A DNA stretch of 53,680 bases, taken from the NCBI RefSeq assembly GCF_001194135.2, contig NC_068987.1, forward strand, positions 36,510,064-36,563,743, read 5' to 3'. A program made the position numbers and the translations under genes. The DNA is from Octopus bimaculoides (Eukaryota). This document shows positions 12,430 to 24,424 of this stretch, in pieces; positions within the stretch are counted from its first letter, which is position 1; each line of letters begins with the position of its first letter. The notes under the pieces are model-generated. The model was not told where the DNA came from. It did not search any database and was given only the letters and a program-made list of their open reading frames with translations.

Positions 12430-13827
12430 TTAGACTCGGGTTATATACCGAAACAGCTCCTATCCCAGTCTGTCATCCCGGTTATCAAACAGGGAAACAT
12501 ATCCCTCGCAGTCAACTATCGCCCAATCTCACTCACTTCCCACATCATTAAAGTGTTTGAAAGAGTGGTAAGATCAAAGATAACTGACTTCCTGGAGACC
12601 CACGAACTCTTAAATACAAATCAGCATGGCTTTTGCTGTGGCAGGAACTGTCTAACACAGCTCTTACACCACATTGAAGACATACTTAAAGACTTAGGAA
12701 CAGGTTCGAACGCTGATGTCATATATCTTGACTTCAGTAATGCGTTAGACAGGGTTGACCATAATATCTTACTCTCCAAATTCGCAAATGCTGGAATCCG
12801 TGGAAAGCTTCTACACTGATTTAAGGATTTCCTGACGCATAGAACACAAGAAGTTGTGGTCGATGGAGTCCACTCAAGCCCAGCAAAAGTCACCAGTGGT
12901 GTCCCTCGGGAGACTATTTTGGGCCCGTTCCTCTTTATGATTTACATAAATAACCTTTCCAGCGTCGTAAATCACTTCAAAGTGAAAATATTTGCTGATG
13001 ACACTAAGCTCCAGCAAATCATCAATGAAGAAGAAGACCAGACTCAACTCCAGTCTGATTTATATGCTGTTAGTCAATGGGCAGATAAAAACAAAATGCA
13101 ACTGAACGAGGGAAAATTTGAGCTGGTGCATTTTGGAAGAAAGTCTATACTAAAACAACCATACTCTCTTCCTTCAGGAGAACCGCTCACGGCATCTAAT
13201 AATATCAGAGACCTGGGTGTAATTGTTGATAACAATCTCAGTTGGAGTGCCCGCATCAGCAATAAGGTCGATATAGCTTGTAGGATGAGCTCCTGGATCT
13301 TAAGAACCTTCCGGTCCAGATAACAAGGTGTCTTCATTCAGCTTTTCTCTTCCTTTGTACTGCCACACCTCGAATACTGCTGCCCCTTGTGGTCTCCCCA
13401 TACAAAACAAAACATCTCGAGGATTATCACCTCAGAGGGCAATCACTAAACGTATTGAAGGCATGACTGATCTCGATTACTGGGATCGCTTTAAAGCCTT
13501 GAAACTCTACTCTCTCAAGCGCCGCCGCGAACGGTACATCATTTGTACGATGTGGAGAATATACTGCCAGCATTGCCAAAATGACCGTTCAAGGCTGCGA
13601 CCACGGGCCATATGTCCCCTTCCAAATTCAGGATCACAACATATAGGTACACTGCGACATAATTTCTTTTCCTCAACAGACCTTGCTCTGTGTAACATTG
13701 TCCCAAAACTGATCAACGAGGAAAAGGATCCCATCACTTTTAAACGGAGTCTGGACCGATTTCATCAAGGAATACCAGACAAGCCACCCATACCTGGATA
13801 CAATTCACTCAACAAGAACTCACTACT
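12427..13827 (+). pseudogene. CR1-like non-LTR retrotransposon ORF2 reverse transcriptase fragment, 5'-truncated, 3' end lost in a gap
   Basis: One frame from 12427 to 13320 with a single TGA at 12817: NYRPISLTSHIIKVFER, QHGF, YLDFSNALDRVDH, SGVPRETILGP, FADDTK, RDLGV; then LEYCCPLWSP and YSLKRRRER across frameshifts. Confidence 0.93.
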
Positions 13828-14078
13828 NNNNNNNNNNNNNNNNNNNNNNNNNNNNNNNNNNNNNNNNNNNNNNNNNNNNNNNNNNNNNNNNNNNNNNNNN
13901 NNNNNNNNNNNNNNNNNNNNNNNNNNNNNNNNNNNNNNNNNNNNNNNNNNNNNNNNNNNNNNNNNNNNNNNNNNNNNNNNNNNNNNNNNNNNNNNNNNNN
14001 NNNNNNNNNNNNNNNNNNNNNNNNNNNNNNNNNNNNNNNNNNNNNNNNNNNNNNNNNNNNNNNNNNNNNNNNNNNNNN

Positions 14079-14118
<40 letters not shown>

Positions 14119-14122
<4 letters not shown>

Positions 14123-14619
14123 TAATTTAGAGATGGACCACCATGGTGCAACTTGCACGACGAAGGAGATAAGACACCATCAAGAAAGGTGTACTATACA
14201 AAACTAGATTAAAAATCTAAAAAATCCGAGGGAGAATTTATAATACATGAAATCTATGAAATATTGGACTAAGAATTAAAATTGGTTACGTTTAAGGAGC
14301 AAAGTAGAACAAAGACTACGCGCGTTTCATGGCCACATAACAGTGGGAAATATCTGGTCAATCTACAATAAATCGATCAAGATAAATACCACTCAATATG
14401 AGGATACTCTTCAGGTCAGGTAAATTCAAAACATTTTGTTTCTTAAACGTAACCAATTTTAATTCTTTATCCAATATTTCATAGATTTTATGTATTATAA
14501 ATTCTCCCTTAGTGTTTTTAGATTTTTAAACTAGTTTAGTATAGTACACCTTTCTTGATGGTGTTTGATCGCCTTCATCGTGCGTGTTGCACCATGGTGA
14601 TTCTTCTCTAAATTATTAA
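14119..14619. mobile_element. MITE/foldback element with ~180-bp terminal inverted repeats
   Basis: 14119-~14297 is the imperfect reverse complement of ~14440-14619 (e.g. ACACCATCAAGAAAGGTGTACTATAC / GTATAGTACACCTTTCTTGATGGTGT); non-coding spacer. Confidence 0.85.
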
Positions 14620-14971
14620 AATATTTTTCAGCATANNNNNNNNNNNNNNNNNNNNNNNNNNNNNNNNNNNNNNNNNNNNNNNNNNNNNNNNNNNNNNNNN
14701 NNNNNNNNNNNNNNNNNNNNNNNNNNNNNNNNNNNNNNNNNNNNNNNNNNNNNNNNNNNNNNNNNNNNNNNNNNNNNNNNNNNNNNNNNNNNNNNNNNNN
14801 NNNNNNNNNNNNNNNNNNNNNNNNNNNNNNNNNNNNNNNNNNNNNNNNNNNNNNNNNNNNNNNNNNNNNNNNNNNNNNNNNNNNNNNNNNNNNNNNNNNN
14901 NNNNNNNNNNNNNNNNNNNNNNNNNNNNNNNNNNNNNNNNNNNNNNNNNNNNTATATATATATATATATAC

Positions 14972-15002
<31 letters not shown>

Positions 15003-15739
15003 CTTACATACATATATACACACATACATACATACATACATGCATACATACATGCAAGGATGCAATTTAAAGCAGTTAGTATTGGTTACTAAACACAGTA
15101 TCTTCGTAAATACCGTTATCGTATTTATGTTTTTGTGCAGTAAAAATCTGAGCCCATCTCATTCACATTATGTCGCTTTTTTAAGCAAACCAAACGAATT
15201 AAATATATTCTTTGTTCTAGTATATATAACATGAATATTGATACATACAAAATGAGAATGAAGTGAAGCAAGCCGACAAACAGATATGTAGTAGCAAGGT
15301 AGTCTTAGAATTACTTATGTTAAATTATTGGGCAGACACACACAGTCGTGCTCCACCGAATTTGTTTCCTTATAACTCCAAGAAAATACGATATTTAATG
15401 AAATGTTTTACAAAAACGCTTCAGATGGTGTAGATTATAATTATATCGGAATTTGTTGTGAAATTCTTTTTGCGGGAAACGTGAAGTGTATTTTCAGACA
15501 ATTCACACATATCGCCTTTGGGCAGTTTTACATGAAATGTTCTACAAATGCCTGTCAGAATGTGTAGATTACGAATATATAGGAATTTGATATGAAAAGA
15601 AAAAATGGTGAGCTCGCACACATTGATAATAATTCCTATCACATTTTTTTTTTCAAAATTTCAAGTCCCATTTTATACGTGATGTGCATTAGTATGCATG
15701 TGTGTGGTCCCACCAATATTCTTTTCATATTATATTCTG

Positions 15740-15860
15740 ATATAGTTGTAATCTATACATTCTGAAAGGTATTTGTAGAAAATCACATGATAAAATACTA
15801 ATTTTTCTGATAGTTATGATAAAATGAAGGCGTATCGCGTGAATTTTCCGAAACTCCTCT
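15740..15860 (-). repeat. Second copy of the unclassified repeat at 20-260
   Basis: Reverse complement reads GGAGTTTCGGAAAATTC then ATCATAACTATCAGAAAAATT...TCTACAAATA, with the same spacing as 142-229. Confidence 0.55.
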
Positions 15861-16159
15861 CACTACCCTTGTAAAACTATTTTCACAAAAAATTCCTATA
15901 TAATCTACACAATGCGCAAAAGCTATAGTCCGGTAATGAACACAGCAATCCGGCCGGTTATTGTATATTATTGCGAAAACGTTACCGCAAATCCTTAATA
16001 AATATACATTTTAAAAAATTTATATTCAAAGATACTTATGTTGAAGCATTGGTGCCCCACCAACATTGTTTTCTCATAATTTCCCTAAATACGAGTATTC
16101 TTTAATAACATTTTCTACAAATACGCTTCAAATAATGATGGTCCGTTTATATGTGTAGG

Positions 16160-16466
16160 CAGTGAGGGACTGGCTAGGTTGCCAGCTTGCCCAATGACAA
16201 GTGGGCCCCTGCGCCATTAGAATCCGTATATGGGGGTACATGGTTGTATCTAAGGGGCTCATCCTCTCAAGTTTGAGAATTTTTTATTCACTCCTGGAAG
16301 AATGCAATAATTATTTCAGCCTAGTTCTATTTCTAGACAGTTAAAAAGAATACATTTAACAACAAAAAAAAATAAAAATAATAATAATAAAGAGATAGCA
16401 TTGCAGTTGCGGGTGGGCCCCCTTAGTCTCCTGGCAACCAATATTTTTAGAGCCAGTCCGCCACTG
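16160..16466. mobile_element. MITE, probably hAT-like, 307 bp
   Basis: TIRs CAGTGAGGGACTGGCT / AGCCAGTCCGCCACTG, a subterminal GGTTGCCAG inverted pair, and TGTAGG duplicated on both flanks. Confidence 0.75.
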
Positions 16467-16686
16467 TGTAGGTATGCTGCAGCTAACTGGCCGGTTACTG
16501 TATATCATTGAGCATGCTTTACCAGGGGTCCATAGTAAATATGTATTCGTAATATCATCATGTCTAAAAATAGATTTAACATCAATTCTAAAAATAGCCA
16601 GACACCTACTGCTGCCATCCAAAGGAATTGGTATAAAAGACAGAAAACCAGCCAACTTATTACAGTCTGTTAAAGATTGTCATACC

Positions 16687-16726
16687 GGCCATGACGAAGG
16701 GAAATAGCCCTGAAACTCGAGTCGCC
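16687..16726 (+). ncRNA. Type I hammerhead-like motif with a 1-nt insertion in the core
   Basis: GGC-C(A)TGACGA-AGGG(AAATAG)CCCT-GAAAC-TCGA-GTC-GCC. Confidence 0.55.
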
Positions 16727-16728
16727 TT

Positions 16729-16760
<32 letters not shown>

Positions 16761-18089
16761 TATATATTTGATCCTTTATATTGAACACTCAATATTTCAT
16801 CTACATTCAATACTTTATTTCATGGTGCCATCCATTTTTATTTTATTTTATATTATATATTGTATATTATATTATATATTGTATATTCCATATTCTATAC
16901 CCCACATTNNNNNNNNNNNNNNNNNNNNNNNNNNNNNNNNNNNNNNNNNNNNNNNNNNNNNNNNNNNNNNNNNNNNNNNNNNNNNNNNNNNNNNNNNNNN
17001 NNNNNNNNNNNNNNNNNNNNNNNNNNNNNNNNNNNNNNNNNNNNNNNNNNNNNNNNNNNNNNNNNNNNNNNNNNNNNNNNNNNNNNNNNNNNNNNNNNNN
17101 NNNNNNNNNNNNNNNNNNNNNNNNNNNNNNNNNNNNNNNNNNNNNNNNNNNNNNNNNNNNNNNNNNNNNNNNNNNNNNNNNNNNNNNNNNNNNNNNNNNN
17201 NNNNNNNNNNNNNNNNNNNNNNNNNNNNNNNNNNNNNNNNNNNNNNNNNNNNNNNNNNNNNNNNNNNNNNNNNNNNNNNNNNNNNNNNNNNNNNNNNNNN
17301 NNNNNNNNNNNNNNNNNNNNNNNNNNNNNNNNNNNNNNNNNNNNNNNNNNNNNNNNNNNNNNNNNNNNNNNNNNNNNNNNNNNNNNNNNNNNNNNNNNNN
17401 NNNNNNNNNNNNNNNNNNNNNNNNNNNNNNNNNNNNNNNNNNNNNNNNNNNNNNNNNNNNNNNNNNNNNNNNNNNNNNNNNNNNNNNNNNNNNNNNTACA
17501 TATATATTCTGCAGCTATAATAATAAATATATTTAGGCGAGAATTATGACAATATGGAATTTTAGAAATTTCTTTCTTTCTATTTAAGTTTATTTTTCAT
17601 TTTGTTCCTATTGCGTCTGAATTTTAATAATAAAAATATATTTATGGAAATTACCGCCGAGAATGTTTAACAATATTTATTACGTTCGCAGTCGTAGCAG
17701 CGGAAAGCGTGAAGGAAATGATTTTCTTTTCTTTTTAATAATATATTGAAGAAAACAACGTGTTATTGTTACCACCACCACTACTACTATTGTTATGAGT
17801 GCCGCTGCTGTACATATTAAATAGAAATAACAAAAATAAAATTAATAATAATTATAATAATTTCATTTAATAAAAACTGGTTATTAGCATTTCAGTAGTC
17901 TATTTATTTCGTACGTTCAATGCACAAACCGGCACCGCTCTACGTGCCTTGGGCATGTGTAGTGTTTTCTGTTTGCATGATTGTCTGTTCTAGTGGGATG
18001 TACTACGCAATAAATGCACAGTTTCTAGCAGACTGTATTTCTCTATAAGATGTGTGTGTTTATGTCTTTGAATAATATATATAGACACA

Positions 18090-18268
18090 GGAGTGATTGT
18101 GTGGTAAGAAGCTTGCTTCCCAAGCACATGGTACCGGGTTCAGTCCCACTGCGTAACACCTTGGGCTAGTGTTTTCTATAACTTCGGGCCGACTAAAGCC
18201 TTGTGAGTGAATTTGGTAGACGGAAACTGAAAGAAATCCGTTGCATATATATGTGTGTGTGTGTGTGT

Positions 18269-18346
<78 letters not shown>

Positions 18347-18484
18347 GCTAGCGGTTCGCCCTGAGAGGCTGATGGAATAAGGACTAGGCCTTACAAAGTC
18401 CTGGGTCAATTTGTTCGACTAAATGCTGTGCTCCAGCATGGCCGCAGTCGAATGACTGAAACAACTAAAAGAATAAAAGAGAAT
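18090..18484 (+). mobile_element. SINE family A, full length, with internal (TG)n
   Basis: A-box-like GTGATTGTGTGGTAAG, B-box-like GGTTCAGTCCC (18137-18147), CCTTGGGCTAGTG body, tail CTCCAGCATGGCCGCAGTC...AAAAGAATAAAAGA. Confidence 0.88.
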
Positions 18485-19433
18485 ATATATATATATATAG
18501 CAATCGAAATCACGTGAACCGGTGGTCTCGGCTCTGGGGTGGTGAAGAATTATCTCCCCGCTACCGATATAAACAAGAGTGCATTTTTAGCCAAATGCCA
18601 AAATGAGTGTTTCTCTCATGGTAACTACTTGGTGTTGGTATTTAATAACAGTGGCATAGTAACTAAACCATCAAAGTTCCAACCCTATTGGGGCTGCATA
18701 TATGTCTCTTTAGCTATGCGGATACAACCAGAAACAATTTAATTGTTTCTGGTTCCACATATGTCCAGATGTTGCTACCATATTAATATTACTGCATGTT
18801 ATATACATTTTTAAGGTTTCTGATGGGATGGCAATAAAAATTACCCCCTTCGCAGCGCTGTTCAGCCAATAGTGGAACATTTATCAGTTGTTGGACATCT
18901 GGTTGCTTTATTTCATATCGTTTTAGAATTACATTCTTCAAAGTAGCTTTTTTAGGCTTTAAAAAACATCCTAATTTAGATATTTTATTATTATTTTCTA
19001 CTGGCCATGTATCTTAGCTTTCTATGTTCGTGATATATTAATATGCATACATATATATACACACATATACCTACGTATATACGTACATACATACATACAT
19101 ACATACATACATACATACATACATACATACGCGCGCGTGTGTGTGTGTGTGTGTGTGCACTCATTAGAATTTGTGTTGAGTATTCATGCATTCTCTTTTT
19201 TCTCTAATTTTGCTTTCTGTTGTGAAATATGTAAATTTATTACTTGAAATGTGAATGTATTGATACCTGTTATCTTCCTTTACATGTAACTCTATTTTGA
19301 GGATTCTTCTAAGTCACAAACTTCCAGCAGACAAACTTCTCGACAACACCATACTTAGAAGTGCAAAGGATAACTGGGTTGATTATCAAAAATAAACATG
19401 TTAGATGCTTTGCAGTTGTTACTTGCGTTTAAG

Positions 19434-20360
19434 TACGAGATCGTATGAAAACGTTCCAGGACTAGTTATATTTGATAAAAAAATGTTTAACCCAAGTTTT
19501 AACATCATATCCTTCGAAATAGTTACCTTGTGTCGCAATACACCGTTTCTAGCGTTCCTGACACTTTTGGAATCTGGCCTGAAAGTCGTTTTCCGTAAGC
19601 GAGTCAAGCACCTTTTACGATTCGATCTTTATCTCGACAACGGTGTTAAAACGGCGTTCTTTGAGCTAAAATTTTCAGCGTGGGGAAAGATGGAAGTTTA
19701 TAGCTGCTACATCTGGCGAATGGGACGGTGCAAAAGTGATTAAATGTTGTTTGTTGTGGAAAACTCACAAATGAGGAGAGCTCGCTAACAGGGTGCATCG
19801 CCGGCATGAAGAATCCATACTTCGTGCTCCACAGATCCTGTCACTTTCGCCGAATATCCTCCCTCAAACACTTCAAAACGCCGAAGTAGAATTCTCGATT
19901 GACGGTCTGGCCCTGGAAGCAAATTTTCGATGTGCAAAACAGCGAATGTCGAAAAAACGGTGAGCAGGCTCTTGGTTGAGTTGCGGCGCTGTCGTGCCTT
20001 CCTCGGTCATGGAGATGAGGGGCTCTTCCATTGTGACAACAGCTGCTTCGTCTCATGGTCTTACCCATAGATCCAATACTCGTCACTGTTAACGTTAGTT
20101 TTTGCGTTAAACTCCTAAAGTTTAACGCAAAATTTCACGTTGGCTCTTTGTTTCAATTTCCTGTGCATGACAAAATCGCAGACTACAGCATTTACGTGAT
20201 CATAGAAACAGAAATTTCACAACTCACAAAGTAAACATAGCAATGACACTCGGCACACTGCTCACGAAGGTCGCTGCTAGCACTCACTACGCACGCATCC
20301 GCGTGCTGCCATCTGTTGGCACACTAGAGAACTCGTCCTAGAACATTTCGATATCACGTA
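19434..20360 (-). mobile_element. Internally deleted mariner element with both TIRs, 927 bp
   Basis: TA-flanked imperfect TIRs TACGAGATCGTATGAAAACGTTCCAGGACTAG / CTCGTCCTAGAACATTTCGATATCACGTA; minus-strand transposase pieces QRANVKFCVKL, SDEYWIYG, GQTVNREFYFGVLKCLREDIRRK. Confidence 0.9.
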
Positions 20361-22669
20361 GGTATTCAGCAGCATTTTATTTTTGGAGTTTAGATTCCCG
20401 CTTTTCCATCAGTACCCAATCAAGCGGTGATTACGCACTGTTTATCACGTCATTAAATGCTGGTGTGAAATGGCCATATGCTTCAAACTGAAATTGAAAA
20501 CATTCTACATACAATTCTCATTATGCGAGTGAATCTTTTGCGTGGATGTTAGTTCATGTCTGCAATATCATTTTGTATTTTTTTTATGTATTGTCTCTTC
20601 CAATGCACCCTTTATTTTCTTTTGATGATTGCTTTCATATATCCTTCAAGTATCGCGAATTTTTGTTGGTGATGATGTCACTTCAAGTGTTAATTTCTTT
20701 TTTTTTTTTACTTGTTAATGTCTGTGTTGAATCCTTTTAATATTTCATTAGGATACATGTTTCTTGATGAAGTGTTTACGATTGTTATAACGTCTTATAC
20801 TCAATGACTTTGTTGTTGTGCTTTGAATTTTTTTCTATTTCTGGAATGAATTTGTTTTTATTAATAGTTTTTTCTTCTGTTTCTATCACAGAAAGACATA
20901 TCATTCATTACAGAGAAGATGACTTAATCTTCCTTCTATTTTATACATCTTCATTGTTTTCCTTGTTAGGCTTTTAGTTGAGGATTTATCTCTATTAGGA
21001 GCAATTCTCCTTTAGCTCAATGCTACTACCACTGTGGAAGAGTTCCAGTCATTCAGACTGTCGTTATTTGTTGGCTGTATTGAAGAAACATTTTTTTAAA
21101 AGGTCATACATTTGCTGAATCTTTCATAAAACTGTTTATTCTGGATAAAGTTTCAGGAGCTGTTTATGATGAGCTTTTACATTAAATTTGCTTATTTTCC
21201 TTTATTTCGTTTCAGTTTAGTCCTCCGGAATAATGCTGCTGCTTGATCACTTTTATGCTGTTTTTTTTATTATTTTGTAAAAGATATGGGTTGTGTATAT
21301 AAATATGTTAAGGCTGTGGACTTGGTGATGGCACTCATTGGAAGATTCAGTAGTCTTCACCGATTTGGTCGGGGTGTATATGTATGTTTGTGAAGAAGAG
21401 TGTGTGCGTGCGTTTCTTTACGATACTAATTTGTCTTCTCATGTGGTTGATTCTGTAATACATATTAGATTAAATATAACTCAAATGTCACCAGAGCCGA
21501 CTCCTTTTCACATAGCCCTTATCGAAATCTTAGCAACTATGCACAAAACTCTTGGCCTTTGATTCACTAGTGTTCCTTCACAGTTAACAAATAAAGAAAT
21601 ACTATTCTCTAATTTGCGCACTGAGTTCCAGTTCCTTACCTTTGTAACACAAAATATGTCAGTGTGACTATTAAACATCAATTAATAAAATGAATGTGTA
21701 AGTTTCATTAATAAATATATCCTTCAAATCATTTCATCAAGACCATGGTTCTGCATATTTCTTAACTATATAATACTCTCCGATATAAAACAGAACTCAC
21801 ACACGGTTATCCATAGTGGCCTGATAAAGTGATACTGTGAATCGTGGTGAATCGTGAAAATTAGGTGGCTACTGATAGAGGAACAAGATTGAATAAATAT
21901 AGGTATGTGACTGTGTTTATGTGTATCTGTGTGTAGATATGNNNNNNNNNNNNNNNNNNNNNNNNNNNNNNNNNNNNNNNNNNNNNNNNNNNNNNNNNNN
22001 NNNNNNNNNNNNNNNNNNNNNNNNNNNNNNNNNNNNNNNNNNNNNNNNNNNNNNNNNNNNNNNNNNNNNNNNNNNNNNNNNNNNNNNNNNNNNNNNNNNN
22101 NNNNNNNNNNNNNNNNNNNNNNNNNNNNNNNNNNNNNNNNNNNNNNNNNNNNNNNNNNNNNNNNNNNNNNNNNNNNNNNNNNNNNNNNNNNNNNNNNNNN
22201 NNNNNNNNNNNNNNNNNNNNNNNNNNNNNNNNNNNNNNNNNNNNNNNNNNNNNNNNNNNNNNNNNNNNNNNNNNNNNNNNNNNNNNNNNNNNNNNNNNNN
22301 NNNNNNNNNNNNNNNNNNNNNNNNNNNNNNNNNNNNNNNNNNNNNNNNNNNNNNNNNNNNNNNNNNNNNNNNNNNNNNNNNNNNNNNNNNNNNNNNNNNN
22401 NNNNNNNNNNNNNNNNNNNNNNNNNNNNNNNNNNNNNNNNNNNNNNNNNNNNNNNNNNNNNNNNNNNNNNNNNNNNNNNNNNNNNNNNNNNNNNNNNNNN
22501 NNNNNNNNNNNNNNNNNNNNNNNNNNNNNNNNNNNNNNNNNNNNNNNNNNNNNNNNNNNNNNNNNNNNNNNNNNNNNNNNNNNNNNNNNNNNNNNNNNNN
22601 NNNNNNNNNNNNNNNNNNNNNNNNNNNNNNNNNNNNNNNNNNNNNNNNNNNNNNNNNNNNNNNNNNNNN

Positions 22670-22746
<77 letters not shown>

Positions 22747-23894
22747 TTGTGTGTGTATGGCAATTTTTATGTGTTTATGTATACATGTTAGTTTTTTTTC
22801 TGTCTGTTGAAAATTCAGAAGCAAGATTCTGCGAGAGTATTTAAATATATATAATTATAGTCATAGCGCTTGCTGTTAAGACAACTGGCGTAAACATCAA
22901 ACATCACATTGGTAATATTGAAATATTAGAATTCCGTCGATTTTGACTATTCTATTGGCTCTGCTATGTATTCTTTTATTGATTTCTACCTTAGGCACAA
23001 CATCTCAATAAACGTGTTTACTATATTGATAGTATTGTCTGTTAATTTGTACTTTGTTAATTTTTATTTATTTTTTTCTCTTTGTATTCAATAAAATGTA
23101 AGATTTTTGATTCGAAAAAAACGCATAGAAAACAAGAAAATATTTAATTGAAAATATTAAAGTTTAAAATTATAGTTCTTTCCTGACATTTCAAGTGTTA
23201 CATGATTTTAAATAAAAAAGTAACATAGTTATTTCTATTTGATGGTGATGTAATCACTAGCCATACTGTCTGTGTTTAAATGTCTAGCAGTGGTAGCTCT
23301 ACATCATAACAAGTATTAGAGGTGGTTGTGTGAGTGTACATAACTGTGAATGTTTTACAGATTGTCTACGTCTCTGTGTGCGTGAGTGTGTGCGTGTATG
23401 TGTAATTCTTGTTCGGGTGTTTGTAGGAGATTGTGCCTACATGTATTGGAAACATTGCAGAAAATGATGTTTATTGTTTTGCAACAAATGAGCTCTAACT
23501 AGAAATATCTACATTCAAAAGTGTTCCAGATATGGCCATCATGTCTCGTTTTGTTTTCTTTTGAGAGAAACTGAGTGTCTAAATCTTCATTATACGACAT
23601 ATCCTTCAATGCTCGAGGCTTTAGAGTGGGGTTTGAAGTAGATTTCACTTTTCTGCGTGTTGGTTGTACATTACCCTATTACCGCCAATGTCGATACACG
23701 ATAGCACTACCAGCCAAAATAACCATTTTACACATTTCGCTAAATGAGTGAAATTGGTTATATACAATGTGAGTGTCAGTGGACGGAATTTCAATTATAT
23801 ATCTTAGTCCTGAAGATTTTCATAAACCATATATATATATATATACACATATTCACACATGTGTATATATGTATAAGTATACGCAGATGCATAT

Positions 23895-23950
23895 ACTCAA
23901 TGATTAGAGCGTCGGGCTCTCAATCATGAGTTAGTGAGTACTGTTCCCGG
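23895..23950 (+). mobile_element. Degenerate tRNA-like SINE head, possibly a third family
   Basis: CTCAATGATTAGAGCGTCGGGCTCTCAATCATGAG...GAGTACTGTTCCCGG, with A-box and B-box-like spacing. Confidence 0.45.
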
Positions 23951-24132
23951 AGAGGAACGATTGATATATATACATATATATCTTCCGCACACTTCCACAA
24001 ACCTACACAGATAACTTATACCTCCCTACTACATGCATACTTACGGCACACATACAAAGACGTTTTCATATTTTATCATGAACAAACACTGTTCAAGCAT
24101 ACCAACACACACATGCATACGCAAACTTACGT

Positions 24133-24175
<43 letters not shown>

Positions 24176-24359
24176 TATACGCACTGACATACACATACAA
24201 CAACATCTATTCACACAAATACACCTTACCTCACCTTTCAAAACTAAATCTAACTAGTGTTACTAACCTGTTATCTGCACTCCCTCACAAATACATCACC
24301 CACATAAACACAAACACATGCATACAGCTGCTACTACTACACACACNNNNNNNNNNNNN

Positions 24360-24424
<65 letters not shown>

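Noticed and set aside
18090-18160. tRNA genes at SINE heads
   Set aside because: A-box and B-box motifs are present, but there is no complete cloverleaf and they continue into repeated SINE bodies.
20500-20720. Possible GIY-YIG remnant on the minus strand (KENKGCIGRDNT)
   Set aside because: Weak match in AT-rich sequence with multiple stops.
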